From assembly GCF_036321535.1 (NCBI RefSeq), contig NC_087436.1, forward strand, positions 67,520,001 through 67,584,000: a DNA stretch of 64,000 nucleotides. Reading direction: 5' to 3'. Source of the DNA: Camelus dromedarius. Its lineage: Eukaryota. Position 1 is the stretch's first letter. Each line of letters begins with the position of its first letter. Below the pieces are notes generated by a model, which saw only the letters and a program-made list of their open reading frames with translations, did no database searches and had not been told where the DNA came from. A program made the position numbers and the translations under genes. Of the stretch, positions 56,300 through 64,000 are shown piece by piece.

Positions 56300-56455
56300 A
56301 AAACATATCTTCTAAAACTATATCCAGATCCATGTTAACATCTTATTGGCAATTACTTAAACATTCAGTTTCCTCATTCATTGCATGTCAGACAGAATCA
56401 AATTGCTAAGTGAAATTTAATGGCGCAAAACAACATAAATAGGTGCTGAGGAAAA
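56300..56455 (+). mobile_element. MIR fragment
   Basis: 'ggcaattacttaaacattcagtttcctcatt' MIR core. Confidence 0.5.
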
Positions 56456-56967
56456 ATGTATTAAACATGGCTGGTAATATATGAAAGTCTAACTGCAAAC
56501 TATTTGATCAAAAATAATTATGACATAAATTGAACCTGATTGAGAAATATAGAATTTATTTAAAATTCTAATTTATTAAAGAAATTTAATAGTGCAAGTG
56601 TGTCACAGAAAACAAGAATAAATGTTTCTTTAATGTTCAACTCTTTGTGGAGTATTATCTCTAACTGCCTGAAAGGATGGATAACACTGTTGCATTTCAA
56701 GAGAACAGAAGCAGTGTTCTCTTGAAGAGGTGTAAAGGAATTGTTCAAGAAAAAGAAAAGAAATGTTGATCAGAAAGTTTAGATTTTTTTTTTAAAGAGC
56801 ATGCTAGCAAGAGAAGTCTGAACCAAAAATACGTGAAAAATAAATTCTGGGGAAAATGCTGCTGATAAAAAGGATAACATATTTACCATTCTGTGTATAC
56901 ATTGAGAGTTGTTAGGTAATCTTTATTTCTGTAATTTTTACAGAATAATGCTAATACCCTCTATCCG

Positions 56968-57352
56968 TGTGTGGTTTGGCTACCCTGCAGAGGCAGGATA
57001 GAGGCCCTTCCCAAATTTGCTCCAGATGTTGAGATTCAAAATGCCATATGCACACATATACAGCAAGAAAGTACCAAAAGGTGTATTATTTACATAACAA
57101 GGGTTTTCTGGGGAGAGAAGGGGTGAGCCTCTCAAGCTGAGGTGAATATTACTTGAGAAAGTGGTATAAGGAGACTAGACTTGGGGGTTTTTTTTATTGT
57201 GCTTAGGCCATGTGCCCAGAGTTAGCGTTTCTGCTCTCAGCCAGGGTTTTGTATGGTTTGAATCTCCTATCCACACCAAAGAGGGTAACATACAAGCTTT
57301 TTCTTAGGTTTCCCAATGTGCAGAAAAGGTAAGGTGTAGACTCTTCATTACA
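56968..57352 (-). mobile_element. Ancient ERVL-class solo LTR, family uncertain
   Basis: TG...CA ends ('tgtgtggttt'...'agactcttcattaca'); internal 'ttctggggagag...gagactagacttggggg...tggtttgaatctcc'. Confidence 0.65.
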
Positions 57353-57469
57353 ACTGGCATACTTAAATGTGAAAAGTAAAATTTTATTATTTTGGAAATA
57401 TTTTCACTGCTGTTACTACTGTGAGATCTGTTAGTTTCTGAAGTAACTATTTTCTAAGAAGTCAAATGA

Positions 57470-57730
57470 ACAGCAGACAATTATGTAGTGACTACTATGT
57501 CTTAGGCACTGTACTTAGGAAAGTTAAATTATTTAACATATTTAAAATACTAATAACCTGTGAGGAACTAATATTATCTGTATTTTTTTTTCTAAGAGAA
57601 AACAAGTATATAAAACTTAGTAACATGTTCAATGACATGTGCCCAATGGCACCTGCCCCTGAAGAAATTAATGAAGGAAAAGATTTATACCCAGATAGAC
57701 TAATGCCAGAATGTGGGCTTTAATACACTT
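57470..57730 (-). mobile_element. MIR
   Basis: 'actactatgtcttaggcactgtact...ataacctgtgagg...atattatctgtatttt...agatttatacccagatagactaatgccaga'. Confidence 0.75.
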
Positions 57731-58351
57731 ACTTACACAGTCTCATTATCTAGAGGCAGGGTATGTGGTTATTTATTTATTTATTAATTTTTTGCTTTTG
57801 TTTCTGATAAATGGGAAAAAAAACCTCAAGAACTCTCACTGTATTCATTTAACAAATATTTACTCTACTACGTGCTTGGTCTTTAGCCAGAGTAATTGTA
57901 AGTTAGGATTTTTGTAGCAATTTAAAATTTTTAAAAATCCCAAATATACTTACATATAATCCTTTTCATGCAGAAACAAAAATATTAATAAAACTACTAT
58001 TTTTTGTTATTTCATTCATTTAAAAATTTGACAGCCAATGAAGCAGTTGGCCTCAAGCAAGGGTTATGAAAACATTTAATCCATTTGACATTGCAACTTT
58101 ACCATTGCATCTGAAGATAAAACTTACCATATATATAAAGATAAGGAATAAAAATATGGTAGAGAAAAATAATGCATTAAATGCAGTGAAATAGTTATAA
58201 ATAAGAAAATTTCTAATATGGTAAACAGTAGCAATTAAACTTACTAGAGAACAAGAATTCAGAATGTTTCAAAGGATGTTCATTGAGGGGAATCTGTGAA
58301 AACAGAAAATAAATCACTTAAAATCTTGTTAATATGTCTCTCTATTAATTA

Positions 58352-59000
58352 ATATGGAGATTAAACAACATGCTATTGAAAAATCAATTGGTCAAAGAAT
58401 AAATCGGCTCAAAGGGAAATAAAAAATACTTGAGACAAATGAAATAACACCATACCAAATCTGATGGGATGCAGCAAAAAAAAATTCTACAAGGGAAGGT
58501 CAGAGCAATAAATGCCTACCTCAAGAAACAAGAAAAGTCTCAAGGAACAAGGAAAAGAAGAACAAATTAAGCCAAAACTTATTTCAGAACAGAAACAGAG
58601 ACTAAAAAGACTACTGAGACTATCAACGAAACTAAGAACTGGTTCTTTGAAAAGAAACAAAATTGACTAACCTTATGCAGATTCATCAACAAGAGAAAAG
58701 AAAACTCAAGTAAAATCAAATGAAAGAAAACATTACAACCGACACAATGGAAATACAAAGAATTATAAGGGACTACTATGAACAATTATACACCAATAAA
58801 TTGGGCAACCAATTTGAAAGAAGAAAAAATGGATAAATTCCCAGAAACACAGAACCTACTAAGACTGAATCGTGAAGAAACAGAAAATATTAACAGACTG
58901 ATTACTAGTAAGGAGATTGATAGTAATCAAAAACATCTCACAAACAAAATTCCAGGATATAACAGCTTCACTGCTGAACTCTAACAAATATTCAAATACA
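58352..59000 (+). mobile_element. L1 ORF2 internal fragment
   Basis: ORF 58778-58984: NLKEEKMDKFPETQNLLRLNREETENINRLITSKEI. Confidence 0.9.
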
Positions 59001-59124
59001 AAGAACAGATCTCACGGACATCATGTATTTTTACTGAGTTTAGACATGGTCTTCACGGCAGACTTATGTATGATCAGCACGAGAAGGTAAAGCCTTAAAA
59101 ACAAACAAAATTTCATGTTTTTTT

Positions 59125-60474
59125 TTAACATTTTTTATTGATTTATAATAATTTTACAATGTTGTGTCAAATTCCAGTGTTCAGCACAATTTTTCAGTCA
59201 TTCATGGACATATACACACTCATTGTCACATTGTTTTCTCTGTGAGTTACCATAACATTTTGTGTAATTTCCCTGTGCTATACAGTGTAATCTTGTTTAT
59301 CTATTCTACAATTTTGAAATCCCTGTCTATCCCTTCCCACCCTCCAACCCCCTGGCAACCACAAGTCTGTATTCTCTGTCTGTGAGTCTATTTCTGTCCT
59401 GTATTTATGCTTTGTTTTTGTTTGTTTGTTTTTGTTTTTGTTTTTTAGATTCCACATATGAGCGATCTCATATGGTATTTTTCTTTCTCTTTCTGGCTTC
59501 ACTTAGAATGACATTCTCCAGGAGCATCCATGTTGCTGCAAATGGCATTATGTTGTCGGTTTTTATGGCTGAGTAGTATTCCATTGTATAAATATACCAC
59601 TTCTTCTTTATCCAGTCACCTGTTGATGGACATTTAGGCTGTTTCCATGTTTTGGCTATTGTATATAGTGCTGCTATGAAACTTGGGGTGCAGATGTCAT
59701 CCTGAAGTAGAGTTCCTTCTGGATACAAGCCCAGGAGTGGGATTCTTGGGTCATATGGTAAGTCTATTCCTAGTCTTTTGAGGAATCTCCATACTGTTTT
59801 CCATAGTGGCTCCACCAAACTGCATTCCCACCAGCAGTGTAGGAGGGTTCCCCTTTCTCCACAGCCTCTCCAGCATTTGTCATTTGTGGATTTTTGAATG
59901 ACGGCCATTCTGACTGGTGTGAGGTGATACCTCATTGTAGTTTTGATTTGCATTTCTCTGATAATTAGTGATATTGAGCATTTTTTCATGTGCTTTTTGA
60001 TCATTTGTATGTCTTCCTTGGAGAATTGCTTGTTTAGGTCTTCTGCCCATTTTTGGATTGGGTTGTTTGGTTGTTCCTAGTTAAGTCGTATGAGCTGCTT
60101 ATATATTCTGGAGATCAAGCCTTTGTCGGTTTCACTTGCAAAAATTTTCTCCCATTCCGTAGGTTTTCTTCTTGTTTTACTTCTGGTTTCCTTTGCTGTG
60201 CAGAAGCTTGTAAGTTTCATTAGGTCCCATTTGTTTATTCTTGCTTTTATTTCTTCTAGGAGAAAATTTTTGAAATGTATGTCAGATAATGTTTTGCCTA
60301 TGTTTTCCTCTAGGAGGTTTATTGTATCTTGTCTTATGTTTAAGTCTTTAATCCATTTTGAGTTGATTTTTGTGTATAGTGTAAGGGAGTGTTCTAGCTT
60401 CACTGCTTTACATGCTGCTGTCCAGTTTTCCCAACACCATTTGCTCATGAGACTGTCTTTATTCCATTGTATAT
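59125..60474 (-). mobile_element. Young camelid L1, 5'-truncated, ~1.35 kb
   Basis: ORFs 59468-60004 and 60077-60448 are the ORF2p C-terminus; TSD aatttcatgt(t/a)ttttt (59109-59124, 60475-60490) followed by AA, a canonical TTTT/AA endonuclease site. Confidence 0.96.
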
Positions 60475-60589
60475 AATTTCATGTATTTTTAATTCCACAA
60501 ACCTATTATAGGTACTAACAGAGAGAGGTGATTAATATTAGAGTATGCATAATAAGATGTAAAAGCCTTATGTCTAAAATTATATACAG

Positions 60590-60850
60590 TTAATCACTAA
60601 ATATTAAGTACCACCATGTATTGGGTTGTTGGGTTAGGCAGATTCAGATGTGAACAAAAGTAAACTAGTTCTTGTTCTCAAGGAAACATACTTAAGAAAA
60701 AAGAGACATTAAAATAATAACCAATAATTAAGCATTATAAATTATATCTTTTTAAAAAGGCATAAAATATACCATGAAACATACAAAAATACCACCTAAG
60801 TTAGTCTTGATGGTCATTGAAGAATTTTCTGAAGATGTTAACTTAATATC
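60590..60850 (-). mobile_element. L2 3' region, decayed
   Basis: 'aaatattaagtaccaccatgtattggg...gtgaacaaaagtaaactagttcttgttctcaaggaa'. Confidence 0.6.
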
Positions 60851-61769
60851 TATTAAATTATTTGGTTGTTATTAAATCATTTCCCTAGCCTAACAAAATA
60901 AAGATGAAATCATAGCTGTTTTACTCCATGAATTCTATACTTCTGCCAGCTCTGGGAGAGCCAATAATTCATACATACTTCATTAATATGATTTGTACAA
61001 ATGCTGCATATTATCAATTGAAAGCATGCCTAAAATTTCCTTCAGATTGATACTGATCCAGGCAAAATTATTGAAATTACATATTTACTTAATTATAAAT
61101 ACATATATTCTGTTTTTGTGTTTTGTCTATAAGGCTGCCAGGAAAGATTTGTAAAACACTCATGCTGAAATCTTCATGGCAATTACATATAGTATTTCTA
61201 TGATCTCCCAGTCTGAAAAAATATGCATGAAGAGTACAAAAATTGCTTGGGTTGGGTTAATCTTATTGAACTTAAAATGGCTTTTAGTGATGACATCTAA
61301 TGCCACTTGGAATTTACAAATTATCCGTGTGGTAATTGGCCCCAAAAATTCCCCCAGTGTTCATATGACACCTGTTGGTAGATAGCTTTTAACCAAATAG
61401 GCACTAGCTTATCTTCATTTTTGTTGCACCTAGTATTGCACTTTAGGCACTGTTACATTAAAATAAGCCTCAGTAACTTCTTTGAAGGAGTTGAGGTTTA
61501 ATGTTTTCTGATCTTTGTGGTAAAACCCAATTTTTTTTTAATATGGCGGTGAATCATTAGATTTTAGAAATGCAAGTTTCTGTATTTTAGTAGTCTCTAA
61601 TGGAGTCCATCAGCAAGCAGTACCCACCAAGTTGCCTTTGCATTAGTACATTTCTTCATTGCTGAGCAATTAGTAATTCATTAGCAAATTATAAGAAAAA
61701 TCAGACTGCCTCAAAAATAGGACAATAAAGAATTTTAAAATTTCTGTAAAATTTTCTTCACATAGTTAA

Positions 61770-61905
61770 ACCATTTATTAACTGCCTGTTATGCAAGGCA
61801 TATGAGTATTATCTAATTCTAATAGTAACTTTATAAGGATGTTAACAAATAGAGAGGAAAGTTCAGAAACGTTAACTGGCACGATTTCACACAGCTGCTA
61901 ATTGA
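61770..61905 (-). mobile_element. MIR
   Basis: 'ccatttattaactgcctgttatgcaaggca...acaaatagagaggaaagttcagaaacgttaactggcacgatttcacacagct'. Confidence 0.7.
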
Positions 61906-63813
61906 CACCATCATGCTATGTTTAACTCTACAGTCTCTTTTCCTCCTGTACTTGAATATCTCTAAAACTACTTTTTCTGCTGTTTCAGAGAACAGTCTAT
62001 GTGGTCTTTAGACAAACTATTTTTTAGAAGCAACAGAATATTTTGGAACAAGTAATATAATGTGGTTTTAAGTGTTTGCTTGCACCAAAGAATGCCTGGC
62101 AAGAAGATGTATTTAAAGAAATAGGCACCATCACTATATAGCTTAGCTCACTGAAGTTGAAAACCTTAAATTACATCACAGTGGCCTGAAAGAGCTAATA
62201 TAGTTTCAAATTTTTCTACATGATTTTCATTGAATCATTTATCTATTGCAGAAATACAGTGATGTCCAGATGGGTTTATTGGAACAGCTGTTTTTTTTCT
62301 TTTTCTAGATTTCAGCTTTCCTATCACTGCAACTTACAAATTTGGGGTCCTATTACTTGGACCATACTAACAAGCAGCAGAAAACTGAAACAAATGACTA
62401 TTGATTGTTTGACTCAGTTCTCTGAGTATTTAATAGTGATGATCTATTGGATTTTTAAAATTATCAAATTGAACTTGTTCTCTCAATAGAAATTCACTAA
62501 ATTTTTATCTCTAGATGCTCCCTTTGTGGTGCCCTTCCTCCATTTCAATAAGAAATTATATTACATTGACAACTTTCTGTTTTGTAAAATTATCCGTAAG
62601 TTTTCATTTATAATCCAGTCAGTACCTGCCACATTCTCTGATTTGTTTGTTCTAATGCCCTTAGTGGTTACTTTAATCTCTATAATTTTAAATTCCCACA
62701 GTTGTTCTTTCTTTCTTGTATAAATGTTGATAAATCTGTGTACAGATTTAAGATTTTTATTAAACTTTTTTCTGATATACTAAGTATGGCATATGTGGAT
62801 ATTCTGCTTGTTTCAACAAATACATATTACTGTTTGGTATGTTAGATATTCTGCTGGATGATGAGAGGAGACTGTTTTATTAAACAAGTGAGAGGAGACA
62901 TTTGTCTATACATAGTTTATGTTCCAGTAAGGCTGACAGAAAAGAAAAGTCCATTATAATGTATGTTATTGAAATAAACAGGGGTTTGTGAATGAGCAAA
63001 AAAGAACAGGGTGTTCTACTGTATTTAGGACCTCACAGCATCCAGTAAATGAAACCGATGCTTCTTTGTTAAATGCAGAGAAGACCATGCCTTGTTGCTC
63101 CATGGAAAATCTTACTGTCAAGTTGTTGAGCTATCTTTTGTTTTTAATCAGAAATTATACTGGAAACTTTTTTTAATCAGTATGGAAGAAAAGCAAAAAT
63201 ATAGAACAAAACAAAACAAAAAACATAGCCAAAAAACAACAAAAAATGATCACTCTTTTTCCTACCTTAGTACATATTGCTCACAATTTAAGAGATAAGA
63301 GTTCTTTTTTGAGTGAATGCTTATCTAGAAGTCCAGAATACTATATACTGTTTTGGGATCTCGTGTCTAGAATCAGTTATTTGAAGCTCTTGGATTCCCT
63401 CCAAGTTTATCCTTGATATTTCTAAAAGATTCAATAGCTTCTTTCCTTTCCTTTGTATTTAATGAGAATTGTATCATGTTGTACATTGTATTTTAACTAT
63501 GAAACATGCCAACATCAGTGCTAGAAATTGGACTTGGAGAGTTGAAGTTAACTTTAAAGCATGCACAGCGTCTCTTGTAAGGTTTATTTCTTCCAGGTTA
63601 TTCTAGCCTCACTTGCTCTTTATAAAGTTTGGCTTATGTTGCTTCCTGACTAAGAGTAAGCAGTCCTTGCAAGCCTGGTCCATAAGAAATGTTAGTGAGG
63701 CAGTAATCTTGTGATCAATGGATAGACTTTCATTGTGGCTGTTGATTATATCTTGTAACATACAAATATCCTCTGTGCCCCTTCAATTTTGCCAACTTCT
63801 CACTGACATGACT

Positions 63814-64000
63814 ATGTACTGGTGTCCATGATTGGATTTTAGTTCTGAATCTACACTCTGCAGAGTTGCTGGGTTTAGAATTCTAGAAACTGCATTTCTT
63901 AGAGATCTGTGTCAGCTAGTTTACTGTTAATTTCTGCCAAGGGAAGCTTGGGAGACTGAAACTAAATACAGGAAGGGAGTCATTTGTTCCAGACAGTGAG
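63814..64000. mobile_element. LTR33-like ERVL LTR, runs off the window
   Basis: 'aaactgcatttcttagagatctgtgtcagctagtttactgttaatttctgccaagggaag...ggagactgaa'. Confidence 0.6.

Noticed and set aside
61133..62489. Acceptor-like sites at ~61133 and ~62308 with nearby ORFs
   Set aside because: No matching donors and no recognisable peptide; expected by chance in T-rich DNA.

Overview
AT-rich, CpG-depleted mammalian DNA, very probably camelid (alpaca/llama/camel). This rests on a Vic-1-like tRNA-derived SINE and several young camelid-type LINE-1 3' ends. Well over half of the window is transposable-element debris. 1-5.6 kb: old L1 fragments. 7.3-12.4 kb: an LTR cluster (a decayed LTR16/ERVL provirus carrying two nested ERV1 solo LTRs, then MLT1 and MLT2). 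13.6-16.1 kb and 20-22.7 kb: truncated L1s, one with a twin-priming 5' inversion. 24.2-44.8 kb: a three-level nested stack built on an ancient near-full-length minus-strand L1. 50.3-53.2 kb and 58.3-60.5 kb: further L1s. The ORFs in the track that resemble real proteins are L1 ORF1p/ORF2p fragments; the others are antisense L1 frames or look like chance. I cannot name a host gene and report only weak candidate exons. I see no convincing new biological system; the notable signals are mechanistic scars of retrotransposition and DNA repair. Repeat family names come from my memory of consensus sequences, not a search. Boundaries without a target-site duplication (TSD) are approximate.
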